A DNA stretch of 64,000 nucleotides from an uncultured Pseudomonadales bacterium (GTDB lineage: Bacteria > Pseudomonadota > Gammaproteobacteria > Pseudomonadales > UBA7434): assembly GCA_905478995.1 (NCBI GenBank), contig CAJQKT010000028.1, positions 11,152 to 75,151 of the forward strand, read 5' to 3'. The position numbers were made by a program, and so were the translations under genes. This document shows, piece by piece, positions 51,696 to 61,182 of the stretch. The notes beneath the pieces were generated by a model, which worked only from the letters and a program-made list of their open reading frames with translations, was not told the DNA's origin and searched no databases. Each line of letters begins with the position of its first letter. The stretch's first letter is position 1.

Positions 51696-52586
51696 CTATT
51701 CTGTAACGGTAAGTGGATTGAAGAGCGCATAGTCGCTCGCAATGCCAATAAAAATAACCATGCCCACATAATTGTTATTTAAAAACGCCCCAAAGCACGC
51801 ATCTCTACTACGATGGCTGGTCGATATTTGTTGGTAAATAAATAAAATGCCGGCTGCTAATAGCCCTACGAAGTAACCTATATGCCGCTGTGCGATGAGT
51901 CCGACAGCTATCATTAACGCAATAAAAAGTATTTGAAATAGCGCGATTAGCGTGCGGTCATGTCGGCCAAATAAAATGGCGGTCGATTTAACGCCAATCT
52001 TTAGGTCATCGTCGCGATCAACCATCGCATAAAAGGTATCGTAAGAGATGACCCATAGCACCACGGCGGTATAGAGCAGCCATGCAACGTAGGGCACATT
52101 ATCGTTTACAGCAGCGAAAGCCATGGGTACGGCGCAACTAAATGCCATGCCCAGAACTAGCTGTGGTAAATGGGTATGACGCTTCATAAACGGGTAAAGC
52201 GTGGTGATTACTGCGGCCAGCACCGCCAATGCCGCGGTACGGGTGTTGGTGAACAATAACAAGCAGGCGGCAAGTGCGCATAACAGGGCAAATAATGTGA
52301 GCGCTTCGCCAGCGTTAATTTCATTTAATGCCAGCGGCCTGTTTTTGGTTCGCTCCACATGCTGATCAATATTTCGATCAGCGTAGTCATTGATGACGCA
52401 GCCTGCTGAGCGCATCAAAAATGCACCTACCAAAAAGACTGCGAGCAATGTTAGTGGCGGAATGCCATCTGCGGCCAGCCAGAGCGACCATAGCGCCGGC
52501 CACGCGACCAGATAAGTGCCAACCGAGCGATCGACGCGCATGAGGCGCAGATAAGCGGGTAAATGGTCTTTGCTTAATAGCTTCAT
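51696..52586 (-). CDS. ubiA: 4-hydroxybenzoate polyprenyltransferase
   Basis: 'NDYADRNID' (NDxxDxxxD) and a second Asp-rich motif 'YAMVDRDDD'. Polytopic. Follows ubiC. Confidence 0.92.
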   Translation of the reverse strand: MKLLSKDHLPAYLRLMRVDRSVGTYLVAWPALWSLWLAADGIPPLTLLAVFLVGAFLMRSAGCVINDYADRNIDQHVERTKNRPLALNEINAGEALTLFALLCALAACLLLFTNTRTAALAVLAAVITTLYPFMKRHTHLPQLVLGMAFSCAVPMAFAAVNDNVPYVAWLLYTAVVLWVISYDTFYAMVDRDDDLKIGVKSTAILFGRHDRTLIALFQILFIALMIAVGLIAQRHIGYFVGLLAAGILFIYQQISTSHRSRDACFGAFLNNNYVGMVIFIGIASDYALFNPLTVTE

Positions 52587-52614
52587 GAAAATTTTCTAAT
52601 TTAAAATCAATTGG

Positions 52615-53199
52615 TTAGGGGCAAAAAGAGGGTAGAAAAATTTCGCTCACCATAAGGGGCTTATGATACAGGGTAAAGCGTGAGCGACGACCCCAAGCGG
52701 GCTCTGATTGCGTGTTGGGCTTGAGCTTGTCACGATCCATGAACCGTGCTGCGGGAGGCAGTTGTGCGGGCAAAATTCGAGCAATTTCAAAAGGGTTGCG
52801 TCGCATCCCGGGCGTATTGAATAAAAGTTGGCCCAAAGGCTGCGTGCCAAATTGCCGTAAGTGGCGCAATTTACCTACTAGCGACGTCACCGGAAGCACG
52901 CTGCGCGCATAAACCCATGGCTGTTCGTGGCATAGTAGCAGCACCTCACGAATTAAACAGCGCTGCCCTGGCATGATACCGAGTAAGCGATATTCATCGA
53001 GCCGGGCACTTTGCCAATGCTGCGACAGCACCTGCACGCGAAAATGATTATCGCTGGCACGCACTAGCCGAGCGCTCAGCGAGCCAGAATCGAGTAGCCA
53101 TGAACGATGCCAATAGGGCAGCTCAGCCTGCAGCAGGTGTTGATAATCTTTCCAGCGCGGCGATTCAGGCTGGAAACCAGAGTGGTAATGAACGTACAA
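52615..53199 (-). CDS. ubiC: Chorismate pyruvate-lyase
   Basis: ~190 aa with 'WLLDSGSLSARL', 'REVLL' and a 'VSEIFLP' C-terminal pattern. Directly upstream of ubiA. Confidence 0.8.
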   Translation of the reverse strand: MYVHYHSGFQPESPRWKDYQHLLQAELPYWHRSWLLDSGSLSARLVRASDNHFRVQVLSQHWQSARLDEYRLLGIMPGQRCLIREVLLLCHEQPWVYARSVLPVTSLVGKLRHLRQFGTQPLGQLLFNTPGMRRNPFEIARILPAQLPPAARFMDRDKLKPNTQSEPAWGRRSRFTLYHKPLMVSEIFLPSFCP

Positions 53200-53507
53200 T
53201 GCGCAACCCTTTTAGGCAAACATACAACTCGAATGTTAAAATTTTTGCCGGACCATAAAAGGCGTATCGATGGCAATACTTGCATGATACCTTATGCCAG
53301 TTACTGAGTAAGCGTCAGTGTGCAGGTGTTGTTATCTTACTCATGTGTAGGCCACTTAGGTAGCAGAAGTAGTAGTCAATTTTTGCCGGTAAGCTATTAT
53401 GGCCGCGCACAAGGGGCGTAATAGTTATCGGGTGATACAAGTAAGAATTGAACAGCACATATTTACCAACTGTACTACCAACCGTACTATCAACTGAGGA
53501 AAAATCC

Positions 53508-53780
53508 ATGACCAAAAATGAATTAGCAGCGATGGTTGCCGATAAAGCCGATATTTCAAAAGAAAAAGCTAATGAAGTCATCAATGCAATGACTGATGAG
53601 ATCACTGCAGCACTAGCTCGTGATGAGCCGGTTAGTCTGATTGGTTTTGGTACATTCACTCAGCGTCAACGCAGCGCGCGCAAGGGTAAAAACCCACAAA
53701 CGGGTGCTGAAATCGATATACCTGCCAGCAAGTCTGTTGGTTTTAAAGCAGGTAAGGCATTAAAAGCAAGCGTCAACTAG
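53508..53780 (+). CDS. hupB: Nucleoid protein HU
   Basis: The 90-aa form 'MTKNELAAMVA...GFGTF..R.R.AR.GKNPQTG..I.IPA.K...FKAGKALK..VN' matches HU. The ATG at 53508 has GAGGA at -12. The track start (53448) adds a non-HU leader. Confidence 0.92.
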   Translation: MTKNELAAMVADKADISKEKANEVINAMTDEITAALARDEPVSLIGFGTFTQRQRSARKGKNPQTGAEIDIPASKSVGFKAGKALKASVN

Positions 53781-53889
53781 CGTCGACGCGCCTTGGTTGC
53801 GAGCTGGGCCCGCCCTTAATTGTTATAGAGCAATAGGCGATAGCGGGCTTTGTCGCACCATACCTCATTAAACCGGCGAGCCAAATGCG

Positions 53890-55164
53890 ATGACGTTAAC
53901 CAACAAAATATTTATTGCTATGGCCGCAGGTATTGCTGTGGGTACGCTGGGCAACTTTTTACAGCCAGCATTACACGGTAGCCAATGGGTTAGCTTGTTA
54001 GAGACTTACTTTTTTTTTGGCGCGCTAGAAATCGTCGGAAAAGTTTTTATTGCTTCGCTCAAAGTTTTAGTTGTCCCACTGGTTTTTGTTTCGTTAGTTT
54101 GCGGCACCGCAAGTCTTGGCGGGCATAATAGACGTATGGGCGTCATGGCTGGAAAGACAATCGCTCTTTATTTACTGACCACGGCGATTGCTATTTCTAT
54201 TGCCCTGACCCTCGCCCTTATTATTGAGCCTGGTGCGGGCAATACCTATCAAAGCACTTCCGAATATCAGTCAGCTGAACCGCCTGCGTTGAAGCAAGTT
54301 CTGGTTAATATTTTTCCTAGTAATCCCGTAAAAGCCATGGCCGAAGGCAATATGCTTCAAGTGATTGTTTTCGCGATTTTATTCGGCGTTGCTATATCTC
54401 GCGCCCGTGAATACGGTGAGCGTATAGCAGGAGCATTTTCTGCGCTCAACGAAATAATTATGGAAATGGTTAAAATATTAATGCAGCTGGCGCCCTACGG
54501 AGTTTTTTGCTTGTTGGCCAAAATATTTTATGCAACGGGCTTTAGCTTGATCGCTCAGTTATTGCTATATTTTTTAACAGTGATGATGGCCTTGATTATC
54601 CATGCCACAATTATCTACACATCACTACTGGCTTTTATTGCTAAGTTGAACCCGCTAGTTTTTTTAAAACGCATTCGGCCTGTAATGATGTTTGGTTTTG
54701 CCACGGCATCAAGTAATGCCACTATGCCAGTAACACTTGAAGTTGCAGAAGAAAAATTAGGAGTGAAAAACTCCGTAGCATCTTTTACTATTCCTCTTGG
54801 CGCCACCATTAACATGGACGGCACAGCTATTATGCAAGGTGTGGCCACCGTTTTTATCGCTCAGGCCTATCAGGTTGATATTAGCTTGGCGGGCTATCTA
54901 ACTGTCATATTAACCGCCACACTAGCGTCTATTGGTGCGGCAGGCGTGCCTGGGGTCGGCTTGATTACGCTAGCTCTGGTTTTGCAGCAAGTAGGTCTGC
55001 CTGTTGAAGGGATTGCGCTTATTGTCGGTGTTGATCGCTTACTTGATATGATGAGAACCGCAGTCAATGTAACGGGTGATTCTGCGGTGTCTTGTCTTGT
55101 GGCTAAGAGCGAGGGAGCACTCGACGAAGAAATATTTTATGGCCGCACTCTCGAGCAAAAATAA
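53890..55164 (+). CDS. Dicarboxylate/amino acid:cation symporter (DAACS family)
   Basis: 424 aa, polytopic. 'ATASSNATMPVT', 'IPLGATINMDGTA' and 'VDRLLDMMRTAVNVTGD' are DAACS signatures. Confidence 0.88.
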   Translation: MTLTNKIFIAMAAGIAVGTLGNFLQPALHGSQWVSLLETYFFFGALEIVGKVFIASLKVLVVPLVFVSLVCGTASLGGHNRRMGVMAGKTIALYLLTTAIAISIALTLALIIEPGAGNTYQSTSEYQSAEPPALKQVLVNIFPSNPVKAMAEGNMLQVIVFAILFGVAISRAREYGERIAGAFSALNEIIMEMVKILMQLAPYGVFCLLAKIFYATGFSLIAQLLLYFLTVMMALIIHATIIYTSLLAFIAKLNPLVFLKRIRPVMMFGFATASSNATMPVTLEVAEEKLGVKNSVASFTIPLGATINMDGTAIMQGVATVFIAQAYQVDISLAGYLTVILTATLASIGAAGVPGVGLITLALVLQQVGLPVEGIALIVGVDRLLDMMRTAVNVTGDSAVSCLVAKSEGALDEEIFYGRTLEQK

Positions 55165-55201
55165 CCGCCATTACCCTGTTACATAAGCTAAAGAGCCTGC
55201 C

Positions 55202-55489
55202 GTGAAAAATAATGCTGATGCAATTAAAAGCCAGTTTCGACGCAGCGCGAGTCGCTTTTACTTAATTAATCTAGCGGTGTTGCTCTTTTTAGCAGCGATG
55301 CTTTATCTGGCCAGCGAATATAATTATTACGCGCAGGCATTTATTCCGATTACCACGCTGTTTTTAATTTGGCTGTTTAATGCTGGAAAATTACTGCGCT
55401 GTCCAGCTTGCCATCAAGTTGTTCGCTCTAAAGAGGGCTTAATTCGCATGCCAACCAAGTGCACTCATTGCGATACCTCACTGGTTTAG
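55202..55489 (+). CDS. Small membrane protein with C-terminal zinc-ribbon (CxxC...CxxC)
   Basis: Two hydrophobic helices followed by 'CPACHQ...CTHCDT'. GTG start. No family recognised. Confidence 0.4.
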   Translation: MKNNADAIKSQFRRSASRFYLINLAVLLFLAAMLYLASEYNYYAQAFIPITTLFLIWLFNAGKLLRCPACHQVVRSKEGLIRMPTKCTHCDTSLV

Positions 55490-55523
55490 TGGCGATTTTT
55501 TATATGCAGCCTCTTCGCCATAC

Positions 55524-56006
55524 TTAGACGAGCAGGGCTTCAATATCATGAGCCATATCTTGGGGCTTTGTGGTTGATCCATAGCGCTTAATGCTGTCAC
55601 CATTGGGGCCAACCAAAAACTTAGTGAAGTTCCATTTTATATTTTTGGATCCTAACAAGCCTTTAGCCTGCGTTTTTAAATCGGCAAACAAGGGGTGTGT
55701 GCCAGGCCCATTCACTTCGATTTTTTTGCCAATGATGAAGCTGACCCCATAGTTGAGCTGACAGAATTCCGTTATTTCAGCCATATTGCCAGGGTCCTGA
55801 TGGCCAAACTGATTGCAGGGAAAGCCTAAAATAACCAGACCTTTGTCGGCATATTTTTTATGTAGGTTTTCGAGCGCTTCAAACTGAGGTGTAAAGCCGC
55901 ACTTGCTTGCGGTGTTCACAATGAGCAAAGTATTGTTTTTATAATCGTTAAGAGTTCGCTGTGTGCCATCGGCAAGTGTAATGCTATGGTCGTATAAAGT
56001 GGTCAT
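55524..56006 (-). CDS. Glutathione peroxidase (Cys-type, BtuE-like)
   Basis: 'VNTASKCGFTPQF', 'LGFPCNQFGHQDPG' and 'WNFTKFLV' GPx signatures. Confidence 0.92.
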   Translation of the reverse strand: MTTLYDHSITLADGTQRTLNDYKNNTLLIVNTASKCGFTPQFEALENLHKKYADKGLVILGFPCNQFGHQDPGNMAEITEFCQLNYGVSFIIGKKIEVNGPGTHPLFADLKTQAKGLLGSKNIKWNFTKFLVGPNGDSIKRYGSTTKPQDMAHDIEALLV

Positions 56007-56135
56007 ATTTGTGAGCTCAGTAGGGCGGGTTAAACAGGCGGGTGACTAGGTACTTTAAGTTCAATAGTCTTTATTGTACGTGATAGCGTATGTAAATCGG
56101 TAATTAACCATTAGCAAAGTTCAGTGGTTATTCGT

Positions 56136-56909
56136 ATGGATCGTAATTTTGATGAATTGGCCGAGCGTTTTGAGCGCCGCGTGTACGGTGGGCTGAAGGG
56201 TGACGTGCGACTGTGTGTTTTATGGCGAGACTTATTACCGATTGTGCAGAGGCTAGAAGAGCAGGGTCAGCCTTTAAATATTTTGGATATTGGTGGTGGT
56301 CTTGCACAAATATCGATTGCGCTGGCCGAGCGGGGACACCGTATTCTTTATAATGATGTCTCTGGAGCCATGCTTGAGAAAGCTCGATTGGCGGTCAGTG
56401 AGGCCGGCGTCAGCCAACAATTTATTTGGCAGCAATGTGGCTACCTTGAGTTATTGGATTTTGATGAAAAGTACGATCTCGTATTATGTCATGCCTTGTT
56501 AGAATGGCTTGAACAACCGCAGCAGGTTTTTAGTTTTGTGGCCCGCAAGCTCGAAAGCTACGGGTTTTTATCGCTGTGCTTTTATAACCCGGCCGCTAAA
56601 ATATACCGTAACTTGATTCGAGGTAATTTTGATTGGCTAGAAAATCAAGACAATTATCGTTCTAATACTGGTAGCTTAACACCGAATAATCCTTGCGAGC
56701 TGGCACAGGTGCGAGCTTGGATACACGACCAAGATTTTAATATTTTCAGTGAGTCGGGTATTCGGGTTTTTCATGATTACGTGGTTGAGCAGCGCGGGGG
56801 CCATGGATCACCAGAGGCAGTGTTGGCTATGGAGCTAGCCTATAGTGATAAAGAACCGTTTAAATGGCTGGGTCGTTATCTCCATATTTTGTCATCAGCG
56901 GCAGTTTGA
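56136..56909 (+). CDS. cmoM: tRNA (cmo5U34) methyltransferase CmoM (SmtA)
   Basis: Collinear with E. coli SmtA/CmoM: 'DRNFD..AE.F.R..YG..KG..R..+LW.DL', 'HA+LEW+..P', 'G+RVFHDY', 'LGRY+H+'. Start at the ATG giving MDRNFD. Confidence 0.85.
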   Translation: MDRNFDELAERFERRVYGGLKGDVRLCVLWRDLLPIVQRLEEQGQPLNILDIGGGLAQISIALAERGHRILYNDVSGAMLEKARLAVSEAGVSQQFIWQQCGYLELLDFDEKYDLVLCHALLEWLEQPQQVFSFVARKLESYGFLSLCFYNPAAKIYRNLIRGNFDWLENQDNYRSNTGSLTPNNPCELAQVRAWIHDQDFNIFSESGIRVFHDYVVEQRGGHGSPEAVLAMELAYSDKEPFKWLGRYLHILSSAAV

Positions 56910-56983
56910 GGTCTGCTTGCCAATGAGGATTACTATATAGTTAGCGCAGGTAGCCCGTACCCATCGATTGCAGTGAGTAACCA

Positions 56984-57307
56984 GTGAAAACACTTGAAGA
57001 TATTCGTGAGTATTCAGCCCATTTTGCTAGTGAGCGCAATTGGGAGGAGTTCCAAACGCCCAAAAATATTGCTATGGCTTTAAGCGTTGAGGTTGCTGAA
57101 CTGTTAGAACACTTTCAATGGCTTACTGCTGAGCAGTCGCGAGCTCTTGATGCCGCAAGCTTGCAAGAAGTTGCTCATGAGATTGCCGATGTACAATTAT
57201 ATTTAGTGAGGATCGCTGATGAACTTAACATTGACATTCTTAAAGCGGTTGCCGACAAGGTGCGGCTCAACGAGAAAAAATATCCACTAGAAAAAATTGC
57301 ACCGTAG
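56984..57307 (+). CDS. MazG-like nucleotide pyrophosphohydrolase (small, single domain)
   Basis: 107 aa with 'RNWEEFQTPKN', 'EVAELLEHFQW' and 'EIADVQLYLVRIA' (the EExxE…D pattern of all-alpha NTP-PPases). Confidence 0.7.
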   Translation: MKTLEDIREYSAHFASERNWEEFQTPKNIAMALSVEVAELLEHFQWLTAEQSRALDAASLQEVAHEIADVQLYLVRIADELNIDILKAVADKVRLNEKKYPLEKIAP

Positions 57308-57401
57308 TAAAAAATCATACGGTGCACTAGTCAGAGATTGATGGCGCAAAGATTTAACGAAAATTTAATTGATTAAGAACCATGCAAAGAGAAGCGAAAA
57401 A

Positions 57402-57860
57402 ATGCATTTAGCCATTGTTATTTTAATGATACTGATTATCAGCGTACTTACCGTTTATGCCGGTTGGTTGATGTATCGGCTTTGGCGGCAGCGCCGTGTA
57501 ACACTTGCCCCGAGTGTGCAAGAGTACGTGCCACCTTCGCCTAGTTCACATAGCCTTGGTCATCGCGAAAGTATTGAGGTGTTGGCGCGTTGCGTCTTGC
57601 AAAAGCAGGTTAGTGCTACTGAGGCGGCCATTCGTATTACGGCGTTGTCACGAGCACTACCTGAAAGTGAAACCGATGATGAGTTTTACGCCGCGTTTGC
57701 GCAATTGGCGAGCGCTACTGCACATATTCCTATTTTAGAAGATTGGCAGGCGTTGGATAATGCTCAGCGCAAAGCTTTCGAAAAAGAGCGCCTAGATATT
57801 GAAAAAGCGCATCAGACCAACATTGTTTCCGCTGCAACGGCATTGCTAACAGTGCAATAA
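57402..57860 (+). CDS. DUF2489-like membrane-anchored protein
   Basis: N-terminal TM helix 'LAIVILMILIISVLTVYAGWLMY' followed by a helical domain. Start chosen at the ATG preceding the TM. Confidence 0.5.
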   Translation: MHLAIVILMILIISVLTVYAGWLMYRLWRQRRVTLAPSVQEYVPPSPSSHSLGHRESIEVLARCVLQKQVSATEAAIRITALSRALPESETDDEFYAAFAQLASATAHIPILEDWQALDNAQRKAFEKERLDIEKAHQTNIVSAATALLTVQ

Positions 57861-57868
57861 ATCTATTA

Positions 57869-58399
57869 ATGGATAACCGGTTTAATATGAAACAACCCAA
57901 TACTTTATCGTTAATTTATGCGCGATCAAAAAATCATTGCATTGGCGCTGATGGAAAAATACCGTGGCATTTGCCGGATGATTTTGCCCACTTTAAGCAT
58001 ACCACTATGGGCAAGCCAATCATTATGGGCCGTAAAACGTATGACGATCATAAGACCGCGCTGCCTGGCAGGCTTAATATTGTTGTGTCGTCGCAAAAAA
58101 ATTATCCTTTGGCTGATGGCATAGTGCAGGCTCATTCGCTGGACGAGGCACTTGCTATAGCCGGTGCCAATAACCCGTCGGTTTTTATTATCGGCGGAGT
58201 CAGTTTTTTTTCGGCAGCTTTATCTCACGCTGATGTGGTGTATGAAACGGTGGTCGATGTGGATGTTGAAGGTGATGCCGTGTTACCAGTATTTGATTTT
58301 ACCGGCTGGCATAGCCATTTACTGCATGACCACCCGATTGACGAACGACATAAACTTGCGTTTAAAATTTATAAACGCAGTCGCAACCCCGTTTCATAG
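57869..58399 (+). CDS. folA: Dihydrofolate reductase
   Basis: 'LSLIYARSKNHCIGADGKIPWHLPDDFAHFKHTTMGKPIIMGRKTYD' and 'FIIGG'. The true start may be the ATG at 57887. Confidence 0.92.
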   Translation: MDNRFNMKQPNTLSLIYARSKNHCIGADGKIPWHLPDDFAHFKHTTMGKPIIMGRKTYDDHKTALPGRLNIVVSSQKNYPLADGIVQAHSLDEALAIAGANNPSVFIIGGVSFFSAALSHADVVYETVVDVDVEGDAVLPVFDFTGWHSHLLHDHPIDERHKLAFKIYKRSRNPVS

Positions 58400-58438
58400 T
58401 TAGCATTTGACTTGGTGAAGGGGGTAGTTTAAACGCAG

Positions 58439-58672
58439 CTAAGTGTTTTTTTCAGATTTTTTGAGAAGGGCCTTGAGCTCTTCTAGGTCAGATTCTATTT
58501 TCTCGGCGCTTTTGTTTGCTTTATAAGCCATGACAATCAACTTGACTGAAACTAAAAAAACACCGGCCTCTAATAATAAGTCGTGCGTGAACCCCGTAGT
58601 AAATAACGCTAATGCGAAAAGAATAAAAGTAATGGCAATGACTGTGATGGAGCCTGCATCGAAATGTTTCAA
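58439..58672 (-). CDS. Small membrane protein (2 TM plus charged coiled-coil tail)
   Basis: 77 aa, with hydrophobic helices at residues ~9-30 and ~35-52. Same strand and tight spacing with the upstream NTF2-like gene. Confidence 0.5.
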   Translation of the reverse strand: MKHFDAGSITVIAITFILFALALFTTGFTHDLLLEAGVFLVSVKLIVMAYKANKSAEKIESDLEELKALLKKSEKNT

Positions 58673-58683
58673 TTTTTCCCCTT

Positions 58684-59214
58684 TTAGCCTTCGTTAAAAA
58701 ATGGATCGGGTAGCGATGGGTTTCTCAGCTTTGCAGCTGCGCCAGCGCCAACAACAGGTAGTCCTTTGGGGTCGAGTAGTCCCAGCTGAACAAGTACATT
58801 GGCTTGGTCCCACAGTATATGTTCATAGGCAACCTTGTCGTCTTCGATGCCTACAATAACCACAAAAACGGTTTCTACCCTCTTACCCGTTGGTTCAATA
58901 CCTGGAAGGATATGATCCATTTTTATCGTATGAGTGAATGAAATAATGAGCTGATCGACCAGCCGCTCCTCACTATAGGTACGCGAAATTGTTTCGAATG
59001 TGACGTCCGGCGGGTAAAATTGGCCTATGAGCCGTTTTGAATAAAATGTCCGAACCCCTTCGATACCTTGACCACCCACCATGGTGGGGATATTTAGCAA
59101 GTGTGGATTTGAGGTCATAGTCGCCACTGTCTCGTCGAGGTCACCGGCTAATTCTGCGTTCATATGCGCATCAAATATGGCATCTAGTTTTTCTTTTAAT
59201 GCTGAGTGAGACAT
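58684..59214 (-). CDS. NTF2/SnoaL-like fold protein
   Basis: The ATG at 59214 is preceded by AGGAGG. ~176 aa, with a pattern reminiscent of SnoaL-like proteins. Function unknown. Confidence 0.6.
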   Translation of the reverse strand: MSHSALKEKLDAIFDAHMNAELAGDLDETVATMTSNPHLLNIPTMVGGQGIEGVRTFYSKRLIGQFYPPDVTFETISRTYSEERLVDQLIISFTHTIKMDHILPGIEPTGKRVETVFVVIVGIEDDKVAYEHILWDQANVLVQLGLLDPKGLPVVGAGAAAKLRNPSLPDPFFNEG

Positions 59215-59252
59215 CTTTCCTCCTAGTTGTGTATTGCGTCGCCCAATGAGAT

Positions 59253-59531
59253 TTATTTGTGGCCCCATATTTTGGCAACTGCATTATTTGAGCCAAGCGC
59301 ACCTACAATTACGGCCACCAAGCCCACACAAAAAAATATAATGGCGGGGATCAGCGCGCCCATTGCATTATTAAAAAAAGCCGTTGCGGCAGAACCCAAA
59401 GACAAAAACAAAAATAAAGCGCCTACAATAATTAAAATGATTCGGTGCGATCGTTTGTAATGTTCAGCTTGCTCACCTGTTTCGAAGATACCGAGAATGG
59501 GGCTGAATAATTGCAGCAATAGCTTTTTCAT
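59253..59531 (-). CDS. Small membrane protein (2 TM)
   Basis: 92 aa with two long hydrophobic helices. No family recognised. Confidence 0.45.
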   Translation of the reverse strand: MKKLLLQLFSPILGIFETGEQAEHYKRSHRIILIIVGALFLFLSLGSAATAFFNNAMGALIPAIIFFCVGLVAVIVGALGSNNAVAKIWGHK

Positions 59532-59568
59532 AGGGCGGAGTTACCATGATTATAAAAATTATGAGAGT

Positions 59569-60036
59569 TTACTGGCGAAGTTTAACAAACTTTGCGTGAG
59601 TGAGTGTTTGTAAATCATCAGGGCTCAATTCTATTTCTAGGCCTCGTCGCCCGGCGCTAACGTAGATGGAATCGTAATTTTTAGCCGATAAATCAATAAA
59701 CGTATGCAAAGCTTTTTTCTGCCCCAAGGGGCTAACGCCGCCGAGTATATAACCCGTTGAGCGCTCAACATCGTCTTTGTCAGCCATGGCTGCTTTTTTT
59801 ACTTGGCAGGCTTTGGCAATGAGTTTCATGCTGAGCATGGATGAAACCGGAATGACACCAACCACTAATTCTTTGCTATCTAGGCACACCACTAACGTCT
59901 TAAAGACCTGCTCTTGCGGCACGGCCATATTTTTTGCGGCCTCAAGCCCATAAGCTTCACAAGATTCACTTTGGGTATACTCATGCACGATGTGTGGAAT
60001 ATTATGGTCTTTAGCGACGTTAATGGCAGGAGTCAT
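59569..60036 (-). CDS. ybaK: Cys-tRNA(Pro)/Cys-tRNA(Cys) deacylase YbaK/EbsC
   Basis: 'FKTLVV', 'GYILGGVSPLGQKK' and 'IYVSAGRRGLEIEL' YbaK signatures. The internal ATG (MTPAINV...) is preferred. Confidence 0.85.
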   Translation of the reverse strand: MTPAINVAKDHNIPHIVHEYTQSESCEAYGLEAAKNMAVPQEQVFKTLVVCLDSKELVVGVIPVSSMLSMKLIAKACQVKKAAMADKDDVERSTGYILGGVSPLGQKKALHTFIDLSAKNYDSIYVSAGRRGLEIELSPDDLQTLTHAKFVKLRQ

Positions 60037-60151
60037 TCTTTGCCCATAGAGATGGCTTGTGAATACGATGATTACCACTGAATTGAATTAAATGGTAGCG
60101 CTTTTTAAGCCAGTGATTTCCTCTTCACGGTATTATCGGCTAGCTAGAAAC

Positions 60152-60182
60152 AAAAAGGCACCCCGAAGGATGCCTTTTTGTT
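60152..60182 (-). terminator. Rho-independent terminator downstream of the outer-membrane protein gene
   Basis: On the minus strand: AAAAAGGCATCC-TTCG-GGGTGCCTTTTTG. GC-rich stem, tetraloop and T-run. Confidence 0.75.
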
Positions 60183-60259
60183 ACTGGCTGAGGTGGGGTA
60201 AAAATTGTTTATCTCGGTGCGTGGTAGGCGCTTATATTTAGAAAAATAAAGCAGCGGAA

Positions 60260-61033
60260 TTAAAGATGATAAAAGACGCCAATGAATGCTCCTTCAATTG
60301 TTAAATCGATAGCGACATCATCAATATCATCGAGCTCTAAATCTAAACTTCTAAAACCAAGCTCCACACCTGCGCCCAAAGAGCTTTCATAGCCAATGGT
60401 AGCTTGAAAGTCGACAAACATGTTGTCGCCATCGCCTAATGCATTGGCATGTATGCCGGCATAGGCGCCGGATAAGGGCAGATCGAAACGTGCTTTGGCA
60501 TAGAGAAGGGGCACGAGTGCATTAAAGTCCTCAGAGGCTGCGTTCCCATCAAGGTCGCTGGTGATGTTAATAAAGCCATCAAACAAGCGCAGTGTCACGC
60601 CTATATCGAGTGATAGCCAATTATCTAATACTTGGTAATACATGGTGACATCGGTATGACTTAAGTCGGCATCGGTCGTTATGGTGTCGCTCACGTCGAA
60701 GGTTTCACCGCCATAGTTAATGGTTTTACTTGGGTTGCCCGTAGCCACCGTTTCTATTTCAGTATTTTGTACCTTCACATTGGGTAAAACTGGCACGCCA
60801 TGCTCTAGCGCTATGTAAATGACGTTGCCTTTTTCTTCGTCGAGGCCAAGATCATTATTAAAATCGATTTCATCGCCGCCACCTGTGATATCTAGATCCT
60901 GAATAGTGCCGTCATAGCTTTGCTCCCACGAGCTGATACCGCCATACAAGCCCAACAGTGAGTCAGCTTGTGTCAGGTTCGCTAGTGGAAAGGTAGCCCA
61001 GGCAATGACCACCATAAATAATTGTTTGTTCAT
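60260..61033 (-). CDS. Outer-membrane beta-barrel protein (TIGR04219-like)
   Basis: Signal peptide 'MNKQLFMVVIAWATFPLANLTQA', alternating strand pattern, aromatic C-terminal 'FIGVFYHL'. Confidence 0.65.
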   Translation of the reverse strand: MNKQLFMVVIAWATFPLANLTQADSLLGLYGGISSWEQSYDGTIQDLDITGGGDEIDFNNDLGLDEEKGNVIYIALEHGVPVLPNVKVQNTEIETVATGNPSKTINYGGETFDVSDTITTDADLSHTDVTMYYQVLDNWLSLDIGVTLRLFDGFINITSDLDGNAASEDFNALVPLLYAKARFDLPLSGAYAGIHANALGDGDNMFVDFQATIGYESSLGAGVELGFRSLDLELDDIDDVAIDLTIEGAFIGVFYHL

Positions 61034-61182
61034 TCTGAATAGCTCCGGTGTAATAAACGCTAACCAAATTTTAGTGAAATCGCTGATAGGCGCTACAAGA
61101 AGGTATCCAAAGTGAGTGCTTTGTTCAAAAAAACAGCGGCAAATGTGAGCTGGCTAACAAAGTAGGTGACCAAGAGCCTTAC

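Noticed and set aside
56984-57307. Stand-alone MazG-like pyrophosphohydrolase as a possible anti-phage or nucleotide-depletion defence gene.
   Set aside because: It sits among housekeeping genes (cmoM, folA) with no partner genes, mobile-element context or compositional break. It looks like the common house-cleaning NTP-PPase.
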